A stretch of DNA of 64,000 bases, from contig CP154954.1 of NCBI GenBank assembly GCA_039621445.1, positions 4,330,714-4,394,713 on the forward strand, read 5' to 3'. Below the pieces are notes generated by a model. The model was not told where the DNA came from. It was given only the letters and a program-made list of their open reading frames with translations, and did not search any database. Positions 12,733-25,711 of the stretch are shown piece after piece. Position 1 is the first letter of the stretch. Every line of letters starts with the position of its first letter. Source of the stretch: Euglena gracilis (lineage: Eukaryota). The position numbers were made by a program, and so were the translations under genes.

Positions 12733-13877
12733 GTCAGGTTGCGGCATCTGAGGGGGGTCTGCAGGTTTGGTGGATTGAAAATCTTTTAAGGCAGGTGTTC
12801 ACATCTTTGGATATAAATGCCGTCAATGCTGTAAATTGCTGCAACTAGTTGTTTCCCATGAGAATGGCGACGGTTTGAAGGCTTTTTTCTTCTCATCAAA
12901 AAAATGACGGATGTGAACAATTGATCTGACGCTATCTTCAAAGCTCCAAAATATCGGACAGAGATTGTTGGGACTGTCCAAGCGATGGTATGATCACAGC
13001 CCAGTGTTTTGTGGGGCGGCAAGCAGTGCATATGGGACGGGACAGTTGCGACGACGAAATTTTTGATGTGATTGCGGTCACCAGGGGGCTGAAAGCACCC
13101 CGCGGCGGGGCCATGGGGCATGGAGTGCAGTTTAGGATATTTTTCCCCACTCAAAACCCCCAAAGTGGAAGCAACCCTACGCTGTAAGCGAGCAACCCCA
13201 ACAGCCACCCCAGACGCAATACGTATGCTACATCTATAAATATAAAACAAAATTCTAAAATTAACATTAAATGATTCCATCAAAATCCATAAAGACGATA
13301 GAAATTTTCAGAAGAAACAGCATGGTTGTAAATTTTTTTTACCAGTTTTCATTTTTGAAAAAAAAATAGTGGATAAGAGTACCAACCCTTCTGGTTGGGA
13401 TGCTTGCACCCCTTCACATCGTGGAAGGAATTTAATGGATTCTGAAAATTGAAAAGGAAAAATGACCCCCCTGTTTATCAGCCTTTGTTGAGTGAAGCCT
13501 TAAACAGAGAACACCTCATAACAAAACATCTTACACCCCAGGCATGCTGGAAAATCACACAGCCAGAATGCGGAGTCTGAGAGTGGGGTCTGTAGGCTTG
13601 AGCACACCGTCGTTAGACAGACTGGGGTCCCAGGGTTGAGATTATTGATTCGAAGAAGGGATATGACAAACATATTAATAAAACCAAAAGAAATACTCCA
13701 CAAATTTATGGCCATCGTCCTGAAATGTGGCCTTGACACCGCTGCAATGTTTCTGATGTGCAGTTGGGAAATTGCTTTCAGAGCAAAGCAGGCCAGCAGA
13801 ATGAAATAAAATAAAACTGGCATGCTACTTAAACTTATGCGTAAATATATACATGTGTGTATATATAGCTATGCACT

Positions 13878-13908
13878 ATCATCTATCTATCTATCTATCT
13901 ATCTATCA

Positions 13909-13987
<79 letters not shown>

Positions 13988-13999
13988 CATCTATCTATC

Positions 14000-14030
<31 letters not shown>

Positions 14031-14069
14031 CTATCTGTCTATCTAGCTAGCTAGCTAGCTATCTATCTA

Positions 14070-14125
<56 letters not shown>

Positions 14126-14165
14126 TCGATCTATCTATCTATCGATCTATCTATATATCTATCTA

Positions 14166-14263
<98 letters not shown>

Positions 14264-14272
14264 TAGATAGAT
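13878..14272. repeat. (TCTA)n/(TCTG)n/(GACA)n microsatellite
   Basis: Direct reading. Confidence 0.95.
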
Positions 14273-14291
14273 ATGTGTGTGTGTATGGCAA

Positions 14292-14351
14292 AAGTGCCAA
14301 ACCGCTACCACCCCCCTCACCGGTGAGGGGGGTGGTAGCGGTTTGGCACTT
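14292..14351. repeat. Perfect 60-bp palindrome without spacer
   Basis: AAGTGCCAAACCGCTACCACCCCCCTCACC|GGTGAGGGGGGTGGTAGCGGTTTGGCACTT. Confidence 0.95.
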
Positions 14352-15329
14352 GGGTACACTTTTTGCAACGTGCTTTTTCCTCTCTTATTTGAGAGAGTAG
14401 AGTTAGGTGCGCACACGCATGTTGCGCTACATGGCCATGTTTTTATGTATATGTATTCTGACAATTCCACAACAGGAACACTCATTTTTGCACATATCAA
14501 TGACCTAAAATCCGCTGGGAAACAGTCTGCTGGATTGTGCTGCACAGCTGCTGCTGCGGAGAAAAGCGGGGGGGGGGGGAGGGGTGCTACTTCGTGTTCT
14601 GATTGGCATAAAATTAAAAACGTACGACAAACTCAATTTGGAAAGGCTACGTTTGTCTTGTAACATGAACATTTTTGAAAAGGTAAAGCAACTCATTCCA
14701 TTAATTTTTGAGTGACAGGAATTCGGCGATTGGACTAAGATTCCAGAATTGTATCATATATCAAAATGCCACATTTTTTAAATGAAGGTTTGTTGGGACA
14801 TACAAACTTAAGATTGACCAAAGTCGTAACAAAGGCGTCAACCCAAGACGATCGAAAGAATAGGGGTCATGAACAAAACAGCCGCTTGCGGCTGGAAATT
14901 GCGCAGCAAGGGCAACGAGGGCACAGGGGACGGGCAGAGGTTGGTTGGCTGCAGGCGTCGCTTCATCGTGTGATGTTTTTTAGGAGCAGTAATGGCACAC
15001 AATAACCACCCACCCCCACCTCCACACCCCCCTGCTTTAACGTTTACTTAGACCAAAGATTGGGTCCCTTGGAAGGAGCACAGGTTCCGAGCCGGGCAGC
15101 ATCAAATGGGCGAATGGCAACAGGCAGAGGAGCAATCCAACTTATTCTGGTATTTGAGAATGAGCGGCACGGCGTTCAGAAAAAAAGCAGGAACCCATCG
15201 ATAATATATAAAAAACCTGGAACAAAAAATTCAAATGCACAGGTGGAAGGGCTATGAACACACAACTAGCCAGAAATGCCATGCAACGTTCAAAGTGAAA
15301 AGCAAAACAACGATGGGGCCGATTTCCGG

Positions 15330-15457
15330 CGGAAGCGCGGCCCGTTGCCTTGCAGTTCACCGGGGCGGCCCCGAGGGCCGCCCTCGGTGGCGGGCTCGGC
15401 CGGGAGCCGGGCGGGCTCAAAGAAGGGCCTAGCCGGGTTGCTGGTCCGGGGCAAGGC
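15330..15457 (-). pseudogene. Duplicated fragment of the 25712-25942 exon
   Basis: [40 protein letters not shown] versus [40 protein letters not shown]; no in-frame acceptor found. Confidence 0.6.
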
Positions 15458-17300
15458 AATTTACCAAGTCTCCCGGTGTAGCGCAACAGTGGAACCCTGC
15501 TGAGGAGGTTACCTAGAGGAGGTTCTGGGAAAATGGCCAAAAGTTGCCAAAAGCGCCAAGGAATAGCCCAGTCACGCCCAGTCACGCCCAGTCACGCCCG
15601 GTCATTTAATGGGTATTAAATGACTGGGCGTGCTTGGGCGTTTGTTAATGGGTGCTGGGCTTCAGGGAGGCTCCTCACATAACCAGGCCCACGGGGGCTC
15701 CAAAAATGACCAAAAATGAAGATTCCTAATTCTCTGGGACCCAGGTTTTTGTTCTTTTTGGATTCGTAAATTCGAAAGAAAAGAACAAACCCCCTTGTCC
15801 ATCACGCTGTGTCCAGAAACAAAAACAAAGAACACCTGACAATGAAATTGCGTGCACCCAAGAATGCTGAAGACACACACAGTTAGAATACAGAGTGGGG
15901 TCCGTAGGCTTGGTCCCAGGGTGTAGAGTATATTTCCCTTTAAAAAATCACCCCAGGTGTCACAAACACACAACTGTCGTGCAGAAATGGGGCCAACAGA
16001 GATAACTCCAATGCTCTTGATGTGTCCTGATAATGCAAAAAGAACATATCTGAAAGGGATTGTACAAAGGGATTTGATTGTACAAATATATATACTGCAT
16101 ATACTATATATACATATATAAAAATATATATCTATATCTCTACCTACATATACTATATAGATACTACATTTTTTACATGAAGGTTTGACATCAAAGGACT
16201 ATACAAACTTGCGATTGACCAAAGTCGTAACAAAGGCGTCAACCCAAGACGATCGAAAGAATAGAGGTCATGAACAAAACGGCCGGTTGCGGCTGGAAAT
16301 TGCGCAGCAAGGGCAACGAGGGCACAGGGGACGGGCAGAGGTTGGTTGGCTGCAGGCGTCATTTCACTTGAGAATTTTATGAGGTCATACCCAACCCCCA
16401 GCTCCAAAGCTTCTGCCAGCCCATGGGATCGCAAGCGACTGGATTTCTACTTTCTGAATCACCTCCATTTGACCCTCAACCCAAAGGGGTCCAAACCCCT
16501 TCGGATTGATGGGTTGAAGGATTGGCCCCCTCTTCTGACTCTGCCATTTCGCCGAGGTCCAAAAATCGGTCAAAAATATATTTTCCGCAAATATATCGAG
16601 AAAACATACAATATTTCCAAAAGTGTCCCGCAGACGAAATGCACCCCCCTGGAGGCCCTCTATCGCCCCTCGTTCGCCGACACGCCTGGCCCGTGTTCCA
16701 GCGTGATTTTGCGGCCCAAAACGGCAATTTTGGGGTGTTTTTAGGGCCCCGTTTTTTTTCGGTCAAAAATACATTTTTCCAAAATATCTCGAAAATGAAG
16801 CAAAAGCAAAGGAAATGTCCGGAGACCACTTTAAAATGCCCTATCCAAGGGTATTTTGATTTCCCCGCAACTCCCCGCCTAACCCGAGTTACTGCAATTT
16901 TTCGGCCAATATGGGCCATTTTGTACAGTTTTGTCCAGTTTTGACTTAGCCGTTTTAGGCCATTTTTGGAAAAAAAAATTCGAAAAAAATCAGGGAAAAT
17001 CGAAAAAAAGAAATTGGGGTATGATTACTGCCATTCAGGCAAATCAGCTGTCAGTTGAATTGGCGCTGTGATTCCCCACGGTAGATCACACTAAGGCAGG
17101 GCAAAGCAGTGAAGCCAGGAAGGGGCGAGTAGCGAGGGAGGAGGATCCATACCATTTCTGACCCATCTGTGAATTCTCGGTGTATATGTGAAGGCGGTCG
17201 AGCAACGGCCAATTTGAGGGATCTCAGGGGGTCTGCAGGTATTGGGGATTGGCAACACTTATGGTGTACATTGGTCTCATCCTTCTTAGCGAGTCGTTAA

Positions 17301-17715
17301 CACTGTAACCCCCAAAAATGAGACACCCCCAAAAATAAGACCCCTTGACCCACCCAGGCAGATCGAGCAAAATCCAAAAATAAGACCCACCCCAATCCAA
17401 TGATAAAGACCCCCCTGATGGCACAAAGCGCTGGAGACGTTTGAACATTTCCTGAAAAATTACCAAAACCCCCGATTTCAGACATAAAATGATGAAATTT
17501 CAAAAATATCGGATTTTTGAGGTGATGGCAACATGTATGTCTTTACACATGGCGCAAAGTGCCGAAGGAATACCTGCTGTTATTGGGAACCGTCTTTTTG
17601 GGGCCTGGGTCGGTCAAGAAAAAATAAGAACCCCCAAAATAAGAACCCCCTGGAGGTTTCCAGCAACGGACCCCCCCCCCAAAAAGACCCGGGTCTTGCT
17701 TTGGGGGGGGTTAAA
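17301..17715. mobile_element. MITE with AAAATAAGACCC subterminal repeats (Tc2/pogo-like ends); copies at ~21401-21815 and ~23499-23875
   Basis: Imperfect TIR CTGTAACCCCCAAAAATGAGAC / GTCTTGCTTTGGGGGGGGTTA; absent from paralogous sites at ~12830 and ~19920. Confidence 0.65.
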
Positions 17716-18632
17716 TGGCTGCCAGAACCCTCCTCCCTTCAGAAAACTCGGTTTTGAGGTGGCTATTCACGGTGAGAAAAAGGACAATTTCTGATAACAA
17801 TCTGAAACCAGACAAAAAGTTGTTGGGATCGTCCAAGCGATGGCATGATCACAGCCTGGTGTTTCACAGGGGCATATAATGGATGGAAATGTTGCAATGC
17901 TGAATTGATGAGATTGCAGTTACAAGGGGGCTGGAATCAAACAGCAGAGTCATGGGTCATGGAGTGCAGATCAACTCCCAAAAAATGGAAGCAACCCTGC
18001 ATTATAAGCAATCACAAATGGGAGCAACCCCAAGGGCCGACATCAGACACCCAGACACTGATACTTTGTAATTTGTACTTTGTTCTTTGTACTTTGTCCT
18101 TTGTAAAATTTGACCAAAATCTGACAAAAATTTTGTAATTTTGTAAAAATTACAAACAATTTTAAGCATTCCATCAAAACACATACAGCCGACATAAACA
18201 TTTCAGTACAAATAACGTTGTTAAAAAAAATGTAAGAACTGAATGCAATTTTACCATTCTACGGGTGAGAAGGTTCTAGAGGTTCCGAAAAAAAAATGGC
18301 CCAAAAGTTTCCAAAGCGCCAAGGAAGAGCCAGTCACGCCCAGTCACGCCCAAGCACGCCCAGTCATTTAATGGGTGCTGGGCTTCAGGGAGGCTCCTCA
18401 GGTAACCAGGCCCACGGGGGATCCAAAAGTGACCAAAAATGAAGATTCCTAATTCTCTGGGACCCAGGTTTTTATTCTTTTCGGATTTGTAACATTGAAA
18501 CCCCTTTGTCTATGAACCTGTGTCCAGAAACAAAGACAAAGAGCAACTGCCAATAAAATTGTGTACACTCCAGGCAGTGAATGCTGAAGGCAGAAAACGT
18601 TAGAATATAGAGTGGGGTCCATAGGTTTGGTC

Positions 18633-18903
18633 CAGGCTTCTTTTTAAGACCCCCGGGGGGGGAGGGGGGGGGGCCACCCACCCAGGGTGGCGCGGGACCC
18701 CCCCCAGGGAGGGGACCCCCCCCAAAATCGGGCCCGTTAAAGGCAATTTTCAAAAATTTTCGGCGCTTCGCGCCGAAAAGGTATACCCAGCGCCTCTGGC
18801 GCGGGACCCCCCCCCCCCCCGCGGGGGGGGCCGGCCCGGACCCACCCACCCACCCCCCTCCCCCCGGGGGGGGGGCGGGTCAGGTGACTTAAAAAGAAGC
18901 CTG
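18633..18903. mobile_element. hAT-like MITE
   Basis: Perfect TIR CAGGCTTCTTTTTAAG / CTTAAAAAGAAGCCTG; perfect TSD GTTTGGTC; empty sites at ~15908 and ~24692. Confidence 0.92.
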
Positions 18904-21900
18904 GTTTGGTCCCAGGGTGTAGAGAATTTGATATGAAGGAGGGATATGGCAAACACATTTTAAAAATTACCCCGGGTGTCACAAACACACAACTTTCGTC
19001 CAGAAATGTGGCCCAACCAAGATCACTGCGCTGCTCATGATATATCCTGATAATGCAAAGAGAACAAATCTGAAAAGGAAATTAAAAATAAATTCTACGA
19101 AAACTTTCTGACTTCTTAAAATAAAGGCTTGTGATCGGACCAAATACAACATTTTAAGATGAAGCTTTCGTGAAAGGGCCATAATAAAATTTTGAGTGAC
19201 AGGAATTCGGCAAACGTTTGACCGAAAGTATATCACAGGCGTCAACCCAGAGACAATCGAAATAATAGTGGTCACGAACAAAAAGACCGCCTGCAGCTGG
19301 TTTGGTTGCACTGCACGGGCAACGAGGGCCGAGGAGGCGGGCTGAGGCGGGTTGGCTGCAGGCGTCACTTCACCGCCGAAGAAAACATGCCATTAATTAC
19401 CATACGTATTCTTTTAGGTGCAGTTATGGCAATGGCATTCAATAATTTGCCACCCACCCCACACAGGTGGCTGTTTGAGGCAAAGCATACCGGAAAATAT
19501 GGCACTGGATTCACACCCCAACACGCTGGGGGGCACCTCCCAAACCAGCAGGGCAATCTTGAGGGGAATTCCCACACTCCCAGAAATAACACTATGTCCG
19601 CCTAAGGGGCTTCTTCTGGCAGTTTTTTTCTTCAATGCCAAAGAACCCAACTACAAAAAAAAACTGCTTAGGGTGCCCTCGTTTTCAGAACAACCAAGAC
19701 AAGAAAAGGCGTACACAACGAAAGGCAAAGAAACACCGGAAAATCATTAACAACCATTCTTAACATTCCGTTTGGGCAGCTTCTTCCAGCCCCTTGTCCA
19801 TAATGAGAAAGGGCGAGGGCCGGCAGGTTTGCGGGATGTGCGGGGATGTGCAGGTTTTGGGGATTGAAAACATTTAGAGGGAGAGAGTCAAGACTTTGTA
19901 TGTAAGTGCCGCCGATGCCATAAATTTCTGCAACTAGCTGTTTCCTGTGAGAAGGCTCAATTTGAAAGTGTGTTTTTTCCCCCTCTCCAACAAATGACGG
20001 ATATTGACAATTGATCTGATACTGACGCCATCCTTCAAGCTTCAACATATCGGGCAAGAGATTGTTGGGACTGTCCAAGCGATGGTATGATCACGGCCCA
20101 GTGTTCTGCGGGGCGGCAAGCAGTGCATATGGGATGGGACAGTTGCAACGATGCAAATTTTGATGTAGTTGCGATGTGAGGGAGCCGTAAGCACCCCGCA
20201 GCGGAGCCTTGGGGCATGGAGTGCAGTTGGGTTTTTTTTCCCACTCAAACCACCCAAAAATGGACAAACAGCAAAATGGAATCAGCCCTACGCTTTTTCC
20301 CCGCTTTTTTCACGTTTTTTTTTTAACAACCATAAATGTGAGCAACCCCAAGAGCCAGCAACCCACACACACATATTATATATGAATATGTACAATACAT
20401 ATAAATATATTAAATACAAATAAAAAATCACATTTAATGATTTCATCGAAATCCAAACAGCCAATGCAATTTTCAGAAGAAATAGCATTGTTGTAAAATA
20501 AACAAGCAAATTTCAGCAGTTGATATCTTTAAAAAAATAATGAATACGAGTATACCAGGATATTTGCTTTCCTCCAAATATGTGGAAGGAAATTATTGGA
20601 TTCTGAAAACCAAAAGAAAAACCGACCTGATGTTGAGTGAATATGCCTTAAAAAAGAGAGCACCTCAGAACAAAACATCTTACACCCCAGGCAGTGAATG
20701 CTGGAAAGACACACAATCAGAATGCAAAATCTGAGACTGAGTGAGAGTGGGGCGTGAGCACACAGTCATTAGGCAGAGTGGGGTCAGGGCTGAGATTATT
20801 GATTCGAAGAAGGGATATGACAAATAAATTGGTTATTGAGAGGAATCTGACAGCATTCCATAACTTGAACATTCATTTTTGGCCATGGACTGATCTTAGG
20901 TCTGATATTTGGGGAACAGTCTGCTGGATTGTGCTGCACAGCTACTTCTTGGGGGGAGGGCTGCTTGGGGTGCTGCTCGTCATAAAATGGAAAATTTACA
21001 AGCATTTGCTTTGTAACATTTTTGAAAGGGTGAAGCAACTCACTCCATACAAAGTTTTGAGTGACAGAAAAGTTTGACCAAAGGTATAACAAACCCAAGG
21101 ACAATCGAAAGAATAGGGGTCATGAACAAAACGACCGCTCGCGGCTGGTATTTGCACAGCACGGGCAACGAGGGCAGAGCGGACAGGCTGAAACGCACAG
21201 TAGATCAGTGAAGCCAGGAAGGGGCGAGTAGCGAGGGAGGAGGATCCATACCATTTCTGACCCATCTGTGAATTCTCGGTGTATATGTGAAGGCGGTTGA
21301 GCAACGGCCAATTTGAGGGATCTCAGGGGGTCTGCAGGTATTGGGGATTGGCAACACTTACGGTGTACATTGGTCACATCCTTCTAGCGAGCGTCGTCAA
21401 CACTGTAAACCCTCCCAAAGTGAGACCCCACAAAATAAGAGTCCCCTTATAAGACCCCCCTGGGCCGATCGAGCAAAATTCCAAAAATAAGACACCCCTG
21501 ACCGCGAAATGTGCCGGGGACGGTAAAACACTTCCTACCAAAACAACCGATTTTAGACAAAAATGATGAAATTCCAAACAAATTCGGAATTTTGAAATGC
21601 TAAAAAAACATGGTAAATGCGTGTTTACATATGGCTCCGAAAGAAATTTTTCACTGTTTTTGAGAATTTGATAAACAATGAGTTTTTTTTGTGTTCCAGG
21701 GTTAGTCAAAGAAAGAAACCAAAAATAAAATAATCAAAAATAAGAGCCCCCTGGAGGTTTCCAGTCAGGGACTCAAAAATAGCAGCAGGTCCTTGTTTGG
21801 GGGGGGGGGTTAAATGGCTGCTAGAACCCTTCTCCCGTCAGAAAACTCGGTTTTGAGGTGAATACTCACGTATTCTGACAATCTGAAACTGACGCCGTTG

Positions 21901-24900
21901 TCTAAGCCGCAAAATATCCAGACAAAAGGTTGTTGGAACTGTCCAAGCGATGGCATGATCGCAGCCCGGTGTTTCACAGGGGGAAAGCGGTGCATACAAC
22001 GGATGGAAGAATTGCAATGCTGAATTTTTGATGAGATTGCAGTTACAAGGGGGCTGAAATCACCACCCCACAGCAGAGTCATGGGACACGGAGTGCAGCT
22101 TAACGACCATTTTTCTCCTTGTACGGGCTTAAACTCCCCAAAAAAATGGAACCCTACGCTATAAGCAATTACAAATATGAGGGACCCCAAAAGCCGATTT
22201 TTCAGACGCCCAGACTAAAATGACTTTAATTCATTCCATCAAAACACATGCAGCCGATAGAAAATTTTCATGTTGTTGTAAAGAAAAATGGAAAAACAAT
22301 ACAAAATTTAACTACAAAAATGTAGTGCACTACAAAAAGTACATTACATTACACTACATGGTTATCACGCTACAATAATTAGTACACTACATGATTTTTG
22401 TAGTATACTATAAAAATGGAACCATGCTGGGGAGAGGAGGTTCCTGGTTAGAGGAGGTTAGAGGAGGTTCCTGGAAAATGGCCAAAAAGTTCCAAGGGTG
22501 TCAAAACAGAGCGAGTCACGCCAGTCACGTCCATTCACGCCCAGTCACACCCAACTACGCCCAGTCTTTTCCATATAGGTAGGCTTCGGGGAGCAGGGGT
22601 ACCAGGCCCACGCGGGCTCCAAAAGCGACCAAAGTTGAACATTCCAAATTATTTGGGACCCAAGCCTTTATCCTTTGCGGTTTCGTAAAATCGAAAGAAA
22701 AGAACAACCCCTCTTGTCCATCACGATGTGTCAAAAAAAACAAGGACAAAGAACACCTCACGAAGCTTTCGTGAAAGGGCCATAATAAATTTTTGAGTGA
22801 CAGGAATTCGGCAAACGTTTGACCGAAAGTATATCACAGGCGTCAACCCAGAGACAATCAAAATAATAGTGGTCACGAACAAAAAGACCGCCTGCAGCTG
22901 GTTTGGTTGCACTGCACAGGCAACAAAGGCCGAGGAGGCGGGCTGAGGCGGGTTGGCTGCAGGCGTCACTTCACCGCCGAAGAAAACATGCCATTAATTA
23001 CCATACGTATTCTTTTAGGTGCAGTTATGGCAATGGCATTCAATAATTTGCCACCCACCCCACACAGGTGGCTGTTTGAGGCAAAACATACCGGAAAATA
23101 TGGCACTGGATTCACACCCCAAAACGCTGGGGGGCACCTCCCAAACCAGGAGGGCAATCTTGAGGGGAATTCCCACACTCCCAGAAAATAACACTATAAC
23201 ACTATGTCCGCCTAAGGGGCTTCTTCTGGCAGTTTTTTTTCTTCAATGCCAAAGAACCCAACTGCAAAAAAAAACTGCTTCGGGTGCCCTCGTTTTCAGA
23301 ACAACCAAGACAAGAAAAGGCGTACACATCGAAAGGCAAAGAAACACCGGAAAATCATTAACAACCAACTGACCAATCTGTGAATTCTTGGTGTATATGT
23401 GAAGGCGGTCGAGCAACGGCCAATATGAGGGATCTCAAGGGCTGAAGGTATTAGGGATTGGCAACACTTACGGTGTACATTGATTTTATCCTCGTTAACA
23501 CTGTAACCCCCAAAAATGAGACACCCCCCAAAAATAAGACCCCAAAATTAGACCCACCCAGGCCGATCGAGCAAAATCCAAAAATAAGACCCACCCAATC
23601 CAATGATAAAGACCCCCCTGATGGCACAAAGCGCTGGAGACGTTTGAACATTTCCTGAAAAATTACCAAAACCCCCGATTTCAGACATAAAATGATGAAA
23701 TTGAAGTGCATGGCAACATGTATGTCTTTACACATGGCGCAAAGTGCCGAAGGAATATCTTTGCTGTTTTTGGTCAAGAAAAAATAAGAACCCCAAAATA
23801 AGTACCCCCTGGAGGTTTCCAGCAACGGACCCCCCCCGAAAAAGACCCGGGTCTTGCTTTGGGGGGGGGGTTAAATGGCTGCCAGAACCCTCCTCCCGTC
23901 AGAAAACTCGGTTTTGAGGTTGTTATTCACGGTGAGAAAAGGACAATTTCTGATAACAATCTGAAACTGACGCCGTTGTCAAAGCCGCAAATTGCAATGC
24001 TGAATTGATGAGATTGCAGTTACAAGGGGGCTGGAATTAAACAGCAGAGTCATGGGTCATGGAGTGCAGATCAACTCCCAAAAATGGAAGCAACCCTGCA
24101 CTATAAGCAATCACATCAGACACCCAGACACTGGTACTTTGTAATTTGTACTTTGTACTTTGTACTTTGTAAAATATGACCAAAATCTTACAAAAAAATT
24201 GTAATTTTGTAAAAATTACAAAAAGTTTTAAGCATTCCATCAAAACACATACAGCCGACATAAACATTTCAATACAAATAACGTTGTTAACAAAAATGTA
24301 AAAACCGAATGCAATTTTACCATTCTACGGGTGAGAAGGTTACCTAGAGGTTCCGAAAAAAAATGGCCCAAAAGTTGCCAAAGCGCCAAGGAAGAGCCAG
24401 TCACACCCAGTCACGCCCAAGAACGCCCAGTCATTTAATGGGTGCTGGGCTTCAGGGAGGCTCCTCAGGTAACCAGGCCCATGGGGGATCCAAAAATGAC
24501 CAAAAATGAAGATTCCTAATTCTCTGGGACCCAGGTTTTTATTCTTTTCGGATTTGTAACATTGAAACCCCTTTGTCTATGAACCTGTGTCCAGAAACAA
24601 AGACAAAGAGCAACTGCCAATAAAATTGTGTACACCCCAGGCAGTGAATGCTGAAGGCATAAAAACTTAGAATACAGAGTGGGGTCCGTAGGCTTGGTCC
24701 CAGGGTGTAGAGTATTTGATTCGAAGGGGGGATATGGCAAACAGATGTCCCTATAAAAATCACACCAGGTGTCACAAGGACACAACTGTCGTGCAGAAAT
24801 GAGGCCCGACCGGGATATGTCCTGATAATGCAAAGAGAACAAAACTGAAAAGGAAAATTAAAAGGAAGTTTATAGAAACTTTCTGACTTCTCAAAATTCA

Positions 24901-25413
24901 TCATTATTAAGGCTAGTGATTGGACCAAGAATCTAGAATTGCAGCATCTATCAAAAAAATCGGCAGTACGACAGACTTCGTTTTAAAATGCTACATTTTT
25001 TAAATGACGGTTTGATGAAAGGGCCATACAAACATTTCAGTGACAGGAATTTGGCAAAAGTTTGACCAAAGGTAGAACACATGCGTCAACCCAAGGACAA
25101 TCGAAAGAATAGGGGTCATGAACAAAACGACTGTTCGCAGCTGGAAATTGCGCAGCATGGGAAACGAAGGCAGAGGGGGCAGGCATAGGTGGATTGGCGG
25201 CAGGCGTCGCTTCACTGCAGTAGAAAACTTGCGCTCGAATACCATCATGTATATTTTTTTAGATAATACCCCCCTTTGGGCGGTACTGCGTGCGAAAAAA
25301 ATAATACTGCGGGGGAGGTGTTACTTGGGGGAGGGTTTAACTTTGCCGAATTATGGCCACTGCTTGCTGCCTTCGGCTGCAAAAGTATATAATATCTCGA
25401 AAAGATAATGGCA

Positions 25414-25664
25414 TGTGTGTATAACATATATATGTATATATATATATATATATATACATATGCATATATATACATATATAAAGGTAATTATATATATGTA
25501 TATATATGTATATATACATATGTATATATACATATATACATACATATACATATATATACATATATATATATGTATATATATATGTATATATACATATGTA
25601 TAATATATATATATATACATATATATATATTATATTATTATATATATTATATATATTATATATA
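25414..25664. repeat. (TA)n-rich microsatellite
   Basis: Direct reading. Confidence 0.95.
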
Positions 25665-25711
25665 TTTGTGGTTCATATGTGGTGTAAATACAGAAAAGTG
25701 TGTGTGCGCAC

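Larger units (their letters stand above)
12190..25250. repeat. Decayed tandem/segmental duplication array (4-6 partial copies of a multi-kb unit)
   Basis: Recurrent blocks: ..CCATTTCTGACCCATCTGTGAATT (12.3, 17.15, 21.25, 23.4 kb); ..TCCAAGCGATGG.ATGATC (12.97, 17.83, 20.07, 21.94 kb); ..AACCCA..ATCGAAA.AATA (14.84, 16.24, 19.24, 21.09, 22.84, 25.09 kb); GTCACGCCCAGTCAC (15.57, 18.33, 22.5, 24.4 kb). Segment 19.16-19.75 kb is nearly identical to 22.76-23.37 kb. Confidence 0.85.

Noticed and set aside
12190-25250. Tandem snoRNA cluster, as known from Euglena
   Set aside because: I could not find conserved box C/D pairs at snoRNA spacing in the repeated blocks; not excluded without a covariance search.
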